From assembly GCA_963787035.1 (NCBI GenBank), contig CAWBBN010000015.1:430306-494305 (forward strand): a stretch of 64,000 bases of DNA, in the 5' to 3' direction. How positions within the stretch are numbered: the first letter of the stretch is position 1; each line of letters starts with the position of its first letter. The DNA is from Vicinamibacteria bacterium (GTDB taxonomy: Bacteria > Acidobacteriota > Vicinamibacteria > Vicinamibacterales > JAENWD01). Both the position numbers and the translations under genes were made by a program. The notes beneath the pieces were generated by a model. The model searched no databases and was not told the origin of the DNA. It saw only the letters and a list, made by a program, of their open reading frames with translations. Below are positions 9,730 to 19,781 of the stretch, piece after piece.

Positions 9730-11053
9730 ATGAGGTTTCATATGCGTGTGCTCCGTGCGGCGGCCGTGGCCGTCGGCCTTCTGTCGATAGCCATCGCACC
9801 GCGTGTTCTTGCGGTCAGCGTGCCTGGTTACGCGATTCTCGGCGCGAAGATCGTCACCGTGCACGGCGCGACCATCGATCAGGGCACGGTCGTCATCCGC
9901 AACGGCGTCGTCGAGTCCGTGACCGATGGCGTGAAGAGCCCGGGCGGCGTCGAAGAGATCGACGGCAAGGGTCTGGTGGTCTATCCGGGTCTCGTCGATC
10001 TCAACAGCACCGTCGGCCTGGACCAGCCACAGGCCGGAGGCGCCGAAGGACCCCGAGACGCGCGAGGTGAGCGAGCGCTGGCGCCGGCAGCAGCTCGTGC
10101 ACGCGGACCTTTCCGCCGCCGATTTCCTTCGGCCCGAATCTCCAGATCTCGGCAAGCTCGCCGGCATCGGCGTGACGAACGCGCTCGTCGTCCCGAAGGG
10201 CGACGGCATCAGCGGCGAGAGCGCATTCATCGACGTCGCGGGGCCGGAGATCGATCCCCAGTACGGGCGCGTTGCGCTCGATCCGCGCGGCCCGATGATT
10301 CTCAGGACGCCGGTGGCGCTGCACGTGTCGTTCCCGGGCCGCGGTCTCTTCGGCGCGTATCCCGCATCGCTGATGGGCGGCATCGCGTTTACGCGACAGG
10401 CGTTTCTCGACGCCCAGCGCTACAAGCTCGCGGCGTCGAAGGCTGACGCCACCGGCGATCGCCCGGCGTACGATCCGGCGCTTGCCGCGATGGCGAGCGC
10501 CCTGGGCGCGAAGCTTCCGGTGGCGTTCGAGGCGAATTCCGCGCGCGAGATCCGGCGGGTCCTGGCATTCGCGAAGGACTTCTCGCTCGATCCGATCGTC
10601 GTCGGCGGCGTGAGCGCGGGCGAAGTGGCTGCCGATCTGAAGGCCGCAGGCGCGCGGGTGATCATCAGCCTGAACTACCCGGAGCGTCCGAAGACGCTGG
10701 CGCCCGACGCAGACGAGCCGCTCGAAGACGTGCAGGACCGCGCGGACGCCCGCAGGGCGGCCGGGCAGCTCGCGGCGGCCGGCGTGCCGTTCGGCTTCGG
10801 GTCGCACGGCCTCAAGGACGTGAAGGACTTCCTGCCGAACGTGCGAAGCGCCGTCTCAAACGGCCTCAGCGCGGACGCCGCGGTGAAGGCGCTGACGCTC
10901 GACGCGGCGACGATCGCCGGCATGGGATCAAAGCTGGGCGCGATCGAAAAGGGCCGGATGGCAAATCTTGTCGTGACGGACGGCGATCTCCTCGGGGCGA
11001 AGACGAAGGTGAAGTACGTCTTCGTCGAAGGCCGCCGCATCGCGCTGCCATAG
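9730..11053 (+). CDS. Amidohydrolase-family protein C (secreted); frame switch near 10050
   Basis: Signal peptide [50 protein letters not shown]-terminal ...[32 protein letters not shown] in ORF 10067-11053. Confidence 0.65.
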
Positions 11054-11091
11054 GATCGTCGTGGGGCAGGGCTTCAGCCCTGCAAGATCAT

Positions 11092-11485
11092 ATGCAACGA
11101 CAAAACATCTCGTCCGGCGTGAAATGGGAACCGATCGTCGGCTATTCCCGCGCGGTGCGCGTCGGCAACTACGTGCACGTCGCGGGGACGACGGCGACCG
11201 GCGGACGACGGATCGATCGTCGGCGGCACGGACGCGGGCGCGCAAACGCGGCAGGTGCTGAAGAACATCGCCGCCGCGCTCGAGAAAGCTGGCGCCCGCC
11301 TCGAGGACGTCGTGCGCACGCGGATGTTCGTCACCGACATCAGCCAGTGGGAAGCCATCGGGCGCGCGCACGGCGAGGTGTTCGGCGCGATCCGCCCTGC
11401 GACGTCGATGGTGCAGGTGGCCGCGCTCATCTCTCCGGAAATGCTCGTCGAGATCGAGGCCGACGCGATTGTCCCCGAACGCTGA
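11092..11485 (+). CDS. ridA: RidA/YjgF family reactive-intermediate deaminase; one frameshift
   Basis: N-terminal ...[21 protein letters not shown] and C-terminal ...[26 protein letters not shown]...[12 protein letters not shown] sit in two frames. Confidence 0.7.
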
Positions 11486-12243
11486 CCCGCCCGGCGCCGA
11501 CCCGATCACGCAGTTCTCCGCGGTCTCGAAGGACTACGCGAAGTTCCGGCCGCGCTATCCTCGCGCGCTGTTCGAGTGGATCCGATCGATCGTCGACCGC
11601 CACGCGCTCGCGTGGGACTGCGCCACAGGCAGCGGACAGGCTGCCGTAGGGCTCGCCGACGATTTCGCGCACGTCGAAGCGACCGACGCCAATCCCGAGC
11701 AGCTCCGTCACGCGACGCCGCACCCGCGGATCACGTATCGCCAGGCGCTCGCGGATCGCAGCGGGCTGGCGGACGGCACGGTGGATGTCGTCACGCGTCG
11801 CGCAGGCGCTGCACTGGCTGCCGTTCGACGAGTTCTACGACGAGGCGCGGCGCGTGCTGCGTCCGGAGGGCGCGCTCGTCGCGTGGGGCTATCACCTGCC
11901 AGGTGTCGGCATCGCCTCGATCGATCACGCGATGACGCACTTTCACGACGTCGTCGTCGGGCCGTACTGGCGTCCCGAGCGGCAGCTCGTCGTCAACAAG
12001 CTGCGTACGGTGCCGTTTCCATTCCGCGAGATCGAGGCGCCGCCGTTCGAGATCCGCTATCCGATGGCGCTCGCGACGTTCGGCGACTTTCTCCGGACGC
12101 AGTCGGCGACGGAGCGATACCGCCACGTCGTCGGATCCGACCCCGTGCCCGAGTTCGAGTCGTCCGTCGTCGAGGCCTGGGGCGGACGCGACACGGTCCG
12201 CGAGGTCGTCTTCCCGATGTTCGTCCGCGCAGGCAGACCGTAA
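11469..12243 (+). CDS. Class I SAM-dependent methyltransferase; one frameshift
   Basis: [19 protein letters not shown] (motif I GxGxG), then ...[13 protein letters not shown]... (post-I/II) in a second frame. Confidence 0.6.
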
Positions 12244-12332
12244 GCACCTAGTCCACAGCCACTTACAGGCCTACTGACCCTGCTCGTCCCACCGTTCGTC
12301 ACCGCAAATCGGACGTCCGAAGGAACAAAACT

Positions 12333-12370
12333 ACGAAGATCTTCGTTGACTACTACGAAGCTCCTCGTAG
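12333..12370. promoter_or_regulatory. Putative BlaI-type operator: 14-bp perfect palindrome ACGAAGATCTTCGT plus a second TACGAAG-containing dyad, just upstream of blaI
   Basis: 12333-12346 is a perfect palindrome. 12353-12370 CTACGAAGCTCCTCGTAG is an imperfect dyad sharing the TACGAAG half-site. It lies 13 bp before the blaI ATG. Confidence 0.4.
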
Positions 12371-12382
12371 AGAGTAGGTGCC

Positions 12383-12769
12383 ATGACATCGCCGAGACCC
12401 ACCGACGCCGAGCTCGCCATCCTGGGCGTGCTCTGGTCGCGCGGCCCCAGCACGGTGCGCCAGGTGCAGGACGTGCTGAACGAGCAGCGCCCCACCGGCT
12501 ACACGACCGCGCTCAAGCTGCTGCAGATCATGACGGAGAAGCACCTCGTGGCGCGCGACGAGTCGGACCGCACGCACGTCTATCGCGCGCGCTGGACCCA
12601 GACCGAAACGCAGCGGCAGCTGCTCGACGACCTGCTCGAGCGCGCGTTCGGCGGGTCGGCGATGACGCTGGTGATGCAGGCCCTCGCGGGCGACAAGGCG
12701 ACGCCTGAAGAGCTCGCCGAGATTCGACGGCTGCTCGAAGAGAAACAGACGCAGGGAGGCGCGCGATGA
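12383..12769 (+). CDS. BlaI/MecI/CopY-family (penicillinase-repressor type) transcriptional repressor
   Basis: 128 aa. Winged-helix N-terminus ...ELAILGVLWSRGPSTVRQVQDVL...TTALKLLQIMTEKHLVAR.... Stop overlaps the next gene's start (ATGA). Confidence 0.8.
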   Translation: MTSPRPTDAELAILGVLWSRGPSTVRQVQDVLNEQRPTGYTTALKLLQIMTEKHLVARDESDRTHVYRARWTQTETQRQLLDDLLERAFGGSAMTLVMQALAGDKATPEELAEIRRLLEEKQTQGGAR

Positions 12770-15700
12770 CAGGCTTGTCCCCGACGTGGACCTCGGTGCT
12801 CGGCTGGACGCTCGTGCACTTCCTCTGGCAGGGCACGGCGCTCGCCATCGCCCTCGCCATGGCACTGACGGTCGTGCCTCGACGCTTCGCCCGCGTGCGC
12901 TACGCGCTCGGCTGCTCGACCCTGGCGCTGATGCTGGCCGTGCCGACGGCGACGGCATGGCGACTCTCAGATCCGCAGCAGCCGGCCTCGCCGTTGTTCG
13001 AGGCCGCACGCGCGACGAGCTGTCGTGTCCGATACCGGCGCCGGCCGCGACATCGCCGGAACACCTGCGCGCGACCTCGACCGCGTCGCTCGGTCCGAGC
13101 GGTCGGCTGATCCAGCGGCGACCGTGCCGGTGGAACGCATCGATCCGTCCGCGGCCATGCCGTGGGTCGTCGCCGTGTGGATGATGGGCGTGCTGCTCTG
13201 CTCGCTGCGGCTCGCCGGGGGCTGGTGGCACGCCCGCAGGCTCGCGTTCGTCGGCGCGCACGCCGCCGCGCGAGAGTGGCAGGAGGTCGTGGCGCGCCTG
13301 AAGTCTCGGCTGGGCGTCATGCGATCGGTGCGCCTGCTGGAATCGGCGCGCGTCTCGGTGCCGATCGTCGTCGGGTGGATCAAGCCGACGCTGATCGTGC
13401 CGGCCGCCGTCCTGGGCGGACTTGCCCCGAGCGAGCTCGAAGCGGTGCTCGCACACGAGCTCGCGCACATCCGGCGGCACGACTATCTCGTCAACCTGCT
13501 GCAGTCGGCCGTCGAGACGCTGCTCTTCTACCACCCCGGCGTCTGGTGGGCGTCGCACGTCGTCCGCGTCGAGCGCGAGCATTGCTGCGACGATCTCGCG
13601 GTGAAGGCCTGCGGCGACGCGGTGCTCTACGCGCGGGCGCTGACGGCCATCGAGCTGATGCGCCACGATCCCGCCGGCAGCATGGCGATGGCCGTCACCG
13701 GCTCGCCGCTGCTCGCGCGCGTCCGCCGCCTGCTCGGCGTCCGCGAGCCGGCACGGCTCTCGTCCTCGGGATGGGTGGTCGCGATCCTCACGGTGCTGAT
13801 GGTGTCTGGCGCCGGCGTCACCAGCTGGGTCCGCGGGTTCCCGCTGGCCTCGTTCGCCGGCGAGGAGATCGCCGCCTCCGGCTCAGTCGTCCGCGCCGCA
13901 GCCGGCGCCGGCGACGCAATCGACGCCTCCGGTCGATGCCACGAAGGCCGGCCTCGCCCGTCGCCGTCGTCGGTCCTACCGGCCACGGCGTCGCGGCATC
14001 GACGCCGACATCTGACACCTACGACGCGACGATCGCGGCGGTCGACCGCGCGCGGATCGAAGCGGCACGTGCCGCGGATCAGCGTTCGGCGGGAATGACA
14101 CCTCAGGCTGCCGTCGAGCAGACGCTGGCCAACCGCCAGTTCGCGCTAGAGGCGGCGGCGCAAGCGAGAGACGCCGCTGACGCCGCGCGTCTCGTCGCAG
14201 AGATCCAGCGCCAAAGCGGAGCTCAGTCGCGCGTCGTCGCGCAGGAAGCCATGCGTCAGGCGCGCGAGATGCTGCGGAGCACGCACCAGGCGGTGATGTC
14301 AGCGGAGCGCGCGCTGCAGCAGGCCATGCGCGAAGCGCAGCGCGGCGCTCGCAGCCGCTCGTGGTGGGGCGACGAACCTCCGGTTCCTCCGGCGCCCCCT
14401 GCCCCGCCCGCGCAGCCCGCTCCGCCGGCACCTCCGGCACCGCCGGCGCCCCAGGCAGGCACGGTGCCCGCGGTCACCGGCAACGCCAGCGCCGCCGGCG
14501 CCGCCGGCGCCACCCGCCCCGCCAGCGCCTCCCGCGCCGCCGGCCGGCGTCTCGTGGAACTCCCAGGAGGGCGGCACCTGGAACATGGTCGAACAGCCAC
14601 GACGGCGAGACGCTCAAGATCAACGCGCACGGCAGCGTCGAGTTCACCGACGACGAGACCGACGTGCAGAAGGTGTCGCCGGGCGGCTACATCACGATCG
14701 AGAAGTCGAACGGCCGGTGGCTCGCCACTGACAGCCAGAAGTTCGACGCGCGCGACAAGAACGGCACCATCGTGCGGACCTACTACGCGAACGGCAAGGA
14801 GATGAGCGCCGAGGAGGGCCGCGCGTGGCTGAAGACCTTCCTCCCGGAGTTGCTGCGTGAGATGGCGGTCAACGCGGACCGTCGCGTCGCGACGTCAGCT
14901 CGCGAAGGGCGGCCCTGGTCTCGTGCTGGAGGAGATCGGCCGCACGAAGAGCAGCTACGCGAAGGGCGTGTACTTCCGCGAGCTCTTCACTCAGGCGAAA
15001 CTCGACCCGCAGATGCTCTCGCGCAGCCTGCAGCAGGCGCGCCGCGAGGTGCACTCCGACTACGACCTGGCCGAGACCCTGATCGCGGCGGCGAAGCACC
15101 AGGCGATCGACGGCGCGCTCATGGATTTCGTGAACGCCTCGCGCTCGGTGAAGTCGGACTACGACGAAGGCCGTGTCCTGCAGCAGGCGATCACGCGGCC
15201 AGGCGTGACTCCGGCCGTGGCCGCCGCGGTGTTCAGCGCCGCAACGCCCGCCGCCGACAACAGCGGCATCCAGTCCGACTACGATTTGGCGGAGTTGCTC
15301 AGCAGGACGCCGCCCGCGCTGATCGAGCAGTCGGCGTCGGGATGGGCCGCGGCCATCGCGACGCATCGGCTCGTCCTACGACCGCAGCCGCGCCATCGAG
15401 GCCGCGCTGAAGCCCGGCGCAGCGCCTGCGACGGTGCAGGCTGCGCTCGAGGCGGCCTCGGGCATCTCATCGGACTACGACCTGGCCACGCTGCTCACGA
15501 ACGCGGCGTCGGCCGGCGTGCTGAGCGACCGCACGGCGAGCGCGTACCTCGGCGCGACGAGCCACGTGAAGAGCTCGTACGATCGCGGCCGCGTGATGCA
15601 CGAGATCGCGAAATCGTCGCTCGGCGATCAGTCGCTCGCGCAGGCCGTCGGCCTGGCGGCGACGATGTCATCGGACTACGACCGCGCCGAGGCGCTCATC

Positions 15701-15829
15701 GCGTTGAGCCGCGCGCGAGGCATCGGGCCGGCAACGAAGAAGGCGCTCAGCGATTCGGCCTCCGCGATGCATGGCGAGTACGATCGCGGCCGGGTGCTCG
15801 AGGCGCTGTCGTCGGCGGGAATTCGATAG
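12766..15829 (+). CDS. BlaR1-like M56-peptidase transmembrane sensor with a long non-PBP C-terminal repeat domain; several frame switches
   Basis: TM1 LGWTLVHFLWQGTALAIALAMAL. HExxH in HELAHIRRHDY. TM4. Then a coiled coil, a (PPAPPA)n linker, a ~110-aa beta-rich module and ≥8 alternating SDYDLAxxL / SxYDxGRVL repeats down to the TAG at 15827-15829. Confidence 0.6.
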
Positions 15830-15837
15830 CTCGGAAA

Positions 15838-15884
15838 GCAGGCCTGAAGGCCTGCCCCATCAAGTCAGCCTTCAGGCCTGCCCC
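15838..15884. repeat. REP-like hairpin element (family B: GCAGGCCTGAAGGCCTGC and its inverted partner)
   Basis: GCAGGCCTGAAGGCCTGCC…GCCTTCAGGCCTGCC lies immediately after the blaR1-like stop. The same 18-25-mer recurs at 23641-23703 and 46388-46412. Confidence 0.55.
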
Positions 15885-16492
15885 ACCAACCGTCCGTCGC
15901 TCATGACGACAATCTGATCGGCCGCCACGCGAAGATCCGCTTCGTCGTGCGACACGTGGATCGCGGGGATGCCAGCCTCCGCGATCCATGCGCCAAGCGA
16001 CTCCAGAATCCGCCGCCGCAGCGGCACGTCCACCGCCGAGAGCGGCTCGTCCAGCAGCAGCAGCGACGGCGACGATGCGAGCGCGCGTGCGAGCGCGACG
16101 CGCTGGCGCTCGCCGCCGGAGAGGCCGTGGATCGGCCGGTCGATGAGCGGCTCGATCTCCAGCATCCGCAACAGCCCGTCGAGCGGCGCGCTGCCGCCCC
16201 GGTCCGCGCCGTACATGATGTTGCCGCGGACGTCGAGATGCGGGAAGAGCGCGGCGTCCTGCGGCGCGTAGCCGATGCCCCTGTCGCGGACGTGCGTGTG
16301 CGTGCCCGTGGCCGTGTCGGCCAGCACGCGATCGCCGACCACAATCCGCGCGTGACGTGGCCGCCGCAGCCCCGCAATCACCTCGAGCAGCGTCGTCTTG
16401 CCGGACCCTGACGGGCCGAAGAGGCCGAGCAGCCGGCAGTCGCCCTGCCACGAGACGTCGAGCGCGAAGCTCCCCTGGGTGAGCTGCGCCAT
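15872..16492 (-). CDS. modC: Molybdate ABC transporter ATP-binding protein, short form without a TOBE domain
   Basis: Walker A GPSGSGKTT, signature LSGGERQRVALARAL, Walker B LLLLDEP. Last gene of the modABC set. Confidence 0.7.
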   Translation of the reverse strand: MAQLTQGSFALDVSWQGDCRLLGLFGPSGSGKTTLLEVIAGLRRPRHARIVVGDRVLADTATGTHTHVRDRGIGYAPQDAALFPHLDVRGNIMYGADRGGSAPLDGLLRMLEIEPLIDRPIHGLSGGERQRVALARALASSPSLLLLDEPLSAVDVPLRRRILESLGAWIAEAGIPAIHVSHDEADLRVAADQIVVMSDGRLVGQA

Positions 16493-16527
16493 GACGGTCA
16501 GCGGCACGCGCGGCTGATCGAGCATCG

Positions 16528-17193
16528 CTAGGCTCCCTCGCGCACGAGCCGGTTCGAGATCCAGACGGCCACGAAGGCGATCACCAGGGAGGCAACCGCC
16601 AGCGTCGCGGCGTCCTGATCGCGTCCCGTCTCGAGGAAGCCGTACATCGCAAGCGACACCGTGCGTGTCTCGCCGGGAATGCTGCCGGCGATCACCATGG
16701 ACGCGCCGAACTCGCCGAGCGCGCGGGAGAAGCCGAGCAGCGCGCCCGCGAGCACGCTGCGTCGTGCGAGCGGCAGGCTGATCGTCAGGAACACGCGGAG
16801 CGGGCCGGCGCCGAGCGTCTCGGCCATCTGCTCGAAGCGTCGCGTGCCCTGCTCGAAACCTGCGCGGGCGCTGCGGACGACGAGCGGCAGGCCCATCACG
16901 ACCATCGCGATGACGAGCGCCTTCCACGTGAAGATGATGTCGACGCCGGCGCGATCCAGGAGCGCGCCGAACCAGCCGCGGCGGCCGAGCAGCCGCAGCA
17001 GCAGGAATCCGGTCGCGACCGGCGGCAGCACGAGCGGCAGCGTGACGAGCGTCTCGACCGGCGCCTTGAGCCACGACTGGCTGCGCGCCAGCCACCACGC
17101 CAGCGCCACGCCCGGCGGCAACATGACCAGCGTCGCCGCGAGCGCGACGACCACCGTGAGCTGAAGGATGGAGAGGAGCTCGCCCGAGATCAT
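16528..17193 (-). CDS. modB: Molybdate ABC transporter permease
   Basis: 221 aa, intact. EAA-like loop ...SRALGEFGASMVIAG.... Typical ModB length and topology. Confidence 0.8.
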   Translation of the reverse strand: MISGELLSILQLTVVVALAATLVMLPPGVALAWWLARSQSWLKAPVETLVTLPLVLPPVATGFLLLRLLGRRGWFGALLDRAGVDIIFTWKALVIAMVVMGLPLVVRSARAGFEQGTRRFEQMAETLGAGPLRVFLTISLPLARRSVLAGALLGFSRALGEFGASMVIAGSIPGETRTVSLAMYGFLETGRDQDAATLAVASLVIAFVAVWISNRLVREGA

Positions 17194-17970
17194 CGAGCGG
17201 CGGCCGTGTCGGGCGCGAGGAAGCCGCTCGCCGCAAATGTCTCGCGTGACGCGGCGCTCTGCAGGAAGGCGACGAACTTCCGTGCCGCCTCCGGATGCGC
17301 GGCGTGCTTCAACACCGCGCCCGGATAAAGAATCGGCGGCGCGTCAGCGATCGGCACCTCATATGCGACCGTCACCTTCGCGTCGGCTGTCGCGTCGGTG
17401 CGATACACGATGCCGGCGTCGGCGTTGGCGGCCTCGACGGCGACCAGCGCCGCGCGGACGCTCGCCGAGGGCACGATCTTGGGCTCGATGCGGCGCCAGA
17501 GACCGACGCGTTCGAGCCACGTCTTCGCGTACACGCCGGCCGGCACGCCCTGGGGGTCGCCGATCGCCACGCGCTTCACGGCGTTGTCTGCGAGCGAGTC
17601 GGGTGGAGGCCCAGGGAGCGCGCGGCCCGTCGGCACGACGACGACGAGCTGGTTGGTGAACAGGGTGACGCGATCGGCAGTGTCGGCGCTTCCACCAGAG
17701 ATCGACGCGATCCATCTGCGCCTCGTCCGCGCTGATGAAGACGTCGACGGGGGCGCCCTCGAGAATCTGACGGGCGAGCACGTTCGAGGCGGCGAAATTG
17801 AACTCGACGTGTGGGTTGCCCGCGGCGTCCCACCGCTGACCCACTTCGCTCAGGACATCCGTAAGGCTGACCGCGGCTGCGACCCGGAGCGGCCCGCGGG
17901 CGGCACCTCGTGGCGTGACGCCGGTTGCATGCGCCGGCCACGACGCAGACGCCGACAAGTGACGCCGCGT
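17190..17970 (-). CDS. modA: Molybdate-binding periplasmic protein; one frameshift
   Basis: N-terminal ...LRVAAAVSLTDVLSEVGQRWDAAGNPHVEFNFAASNVLARQILEGAPVDVFISADEAQMDRV and C-terminal ...VYAKTWLERVGLW…VAYEVPIADAPPILYPGAVLKHAAHPEAARKFVAFLQS in two frames. Confidence 0.65.
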
Positions 17971-18102
17971 GACAGCGCGCGAAGCCCCGAAGCCCTCAGG
18001 AAACGCATCGAGAACACTCCGCGAGTCTCGCATGAAACGCCAGGCGAGAGCGCCGCTTGACCCTGGAACGATTCCAGCCTGTAGGGTATAACGCGGGAGT
18101 TC

Positions 18103-18576
18103 TTGATGTCACAACTACTCGCGATTCTTGCGGTTGCGTCCATCGGCCTCGCGCCACAGAACGCCGACCCCACGCAGACGCGCGCCGCCATGGCCATGGG
18201 CTTCGATCAGCAGGCGACGACGCACCACTTTCGTCTTTACGAAGACGGCGGCGCCATTGAAGTCACCGTGAACGATCCGGGCGACGTCAAGGATCGGGCT
18301 GCCATTCGTTCGCACCTGCCGCACATCGCTATGATGTTCGGGAACGGCAACTTCGATGCGCCGATGCTCGTGCACGACTCGTCTCACGTTCCAGGAACCG
18401 CGGTGATGGCGGAACGGCGCGATTCGATCCGGTACACGTACGTCGAGACGACGAACGGCGGACGAGTGGAGATCGTCACAAAGGATCCCCAGGCGCTGGC
18501 CGCGGTGCATGCGTTCCTGACCTATCAGATCGCGGAACACAAGACCGGCGACACCGCCACGGTGTCCAAACGATAA
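18103..18576 (+). CDS. Secreted His-rich hypothetical protein
   Basis: Signal peptide MSQLLAILAVASIGLAPQNA. Many His residues (HHFRLYEDGG, HLPHIAMMFG, HDSSH). No family recognised. Confidence 0.45.
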   Translation: MMSQLLAILAVASIGLAPQNADPTQTRAAMAMGFDQQATTHHFRLYEDGGAIEVTVNDPGDVKDRAAIRSHLPHIAMMFGNGNFDAPMLVHDSSHVPGTAVMAERRDSIRYTYVETTNGGRVEIVTKDPQALAAVHAFLTYQIAEHKTGDTATVSKR

Positions 18577-18583
18577 GAGACCT

Positions 18584-19084
18584 ATGCGACCCTCCGCCGC
18601 GGCCCAGGCTACCGGCGTCAGCACGGACACACTCCGGCACTACGAGAAGTTGGGACTCCTCGGGGCGGTGACGCGGTCCGCGAACGGGTATCGCCGGTAC
18701 TCCGAAGACACCATGCGGCGGGTTCTTCTGATTCAGCGCGCCCTGGTGGTGGGATTTTCGCTCGAGGATCTCAAGCGGATTCTGGCGATCCGGGATCGCG
18801 GAGGCGCGCCATGCCAGGGCGTCCGGAGCCTGGTCGCCGAGAGACTGGTCGCGCTCGACGCGCAACTCGTCGAGTTGCAGGACTTGCGCGACGATCTGCG
18901 TCGCCTGCTGAAAACGTGGGATCGCGCCCTGGCCGGGACTCAACCAGGCCAGCCGGCGCACCTGCTGGAATCACTCGGTTCAAGACGTCCGATTGAACGC
19001 GCCCGAAACGCCGCACCGAGCGATCCGCGAAGGGTCCGGAGCGGCGTGGCATTTGACACGTCCCGCGGCCCTACGCTAGCCTGA
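18584..19084 (+). CDS. MerR-family transcriptional regulator
   Basis: N-terminal HTH ...AAQATGVSTDTLRHYEKLGLL...GYRRYSEDTMRRVLLIQRA.... Coiled-coil dimerisation region. Confidence 0.75.
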   Translation: MRPSAAAQATGVSTDTLRHYEKLGLLGAVTRSANGYRRYSEDTMRRVLLIQRALVVGFSLEDLKRILAIRDRGGAPCQGVRSLVAERLVALDAQLVELQDLRDDLRRLLKTWDRALAGTQPGQPAHLLESLGSRRPIERARNAAPSDPRRVRSGVAFDTSRGPTLA

Positions 19085-19213
19085 CGGCAGTCATGGTGCA
19101 GTTCGTCCACCACGCGCACGTCCATCGCCATCTGGCCTCGGGGCCGGACCGGTCGAGCTGCGCGTAGGGCGAACGACATCAACACGACGCCCGATTTCGA
19201 GCAACGCACGCAG

Positions 19214-19241
19214 CCCCGCCGGTCCGGCGGGGTTTTTTTTT
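19214..19241 (+). terminator. Rho-independent terminator
   Basis: CCCCGCCGGTCCGGCGGGG stem followed by T9. Confidence 0.65.
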
Positions 19242-19261
19242 GGCTGGCGCCGGGCCGCGGA

Positions 19262-19440
19262 GGACGCGGAGGGTTTCACAGAGACGCGGAGACTACACAG
19301 AGACACAGAGAAACGCGGGGTTGCCGGGGACCGCCCTGGCCACGGTGGACCGGGCGGCCCCCGGCAACCCCGCGTCCCTCTGTGTCTCCGTGTAGCCTCC
19401 GTGACTCTGTGAAGCTCTCTGCGGTCTCCGGGGCGTTCCT
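19262..19440. repeat. ~180-bp imperfect palindromic element with CACAGAG-rich arms, upstream of hisI
   Basis: Left arm TCACAGAGACGCGGAGACTACACAGAGACACAGAGAAACGCGGGGTTGCCGGGG. The right arm is its near-perfect reverse complement. Related to the element at 59940-60215 (shared CACAGAGMCGCGGAGA). Confidence 0.55.
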
Positions 19441-19458
19441 GGGCCGTAGCGAAGCGAG

Positions 19459-19779
19459 ATGAACGCGATGGACTTCAGCAAGTTTCAGGGCCTCGTGCCG
19501 GCGGTGGTGCAGGACGCCGACTCGAGCGAGGTCCTGATGGTCGGCTTCATGAACGAGGACGCGCTGGCGCGCACGCGCGAGTCCGGTTACGTCACGTTCT
19601 TCAGCCGCACGCGCAACACGCTCTGGACGAAGGGCGAGACGTCGGGCAACCGCCTGCAGGTCGTGGACCTGCTGGTGGACTGCGACGAGGACACGCTGCT
19701 CGTCAAGGCGAAGCGGCTCGGCGACGGCAACGTGTGCCACACCGGCCAGCGCACCTGCTTCAACACGAGGCTCGAGTAG
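19459..19779 (+). CDS. hisI: Phosphoribosyl-AMP cyclohydrolase
   Basis: ...[25 protein letters not shown]...[16 protein letters not shown]...CDEDTLL...GDGNVCHTG. Confidence 0.85.
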   Translation: MNAMDFSKFQGLVPAVVQDADSSEVLMVGFMNEDALARTRESGYVTFFSRTRNTLWTKGETSGNRLQVVDLLVDCDEDTLLVKAKRLGDGNVCHTGQRTCFNTRLE

Positions 19780-19781
19780 TC

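Noticed and set aside
15872-17236. 454-aa minus-strand ORF covering modC plus sequence antisense-offset to modB
   Set aside because: Only the last 206 codons (15872-16492) are ModC. The upstream part is an out-of-frame read across modB. modB has its own clean frame and stop at 16528.
19262-19440. ZTP (pfl) riboswitch hypothesis for the CACAGAG elements upstream of the his and purEK operons
   Set aside because: The loop contains ACCGGGCGG-like strings, but I could not align the conserved pfl P1/P2 or pseudoknot consensus by eye. I keep it only as something to test with Infernal, not as an annotation.
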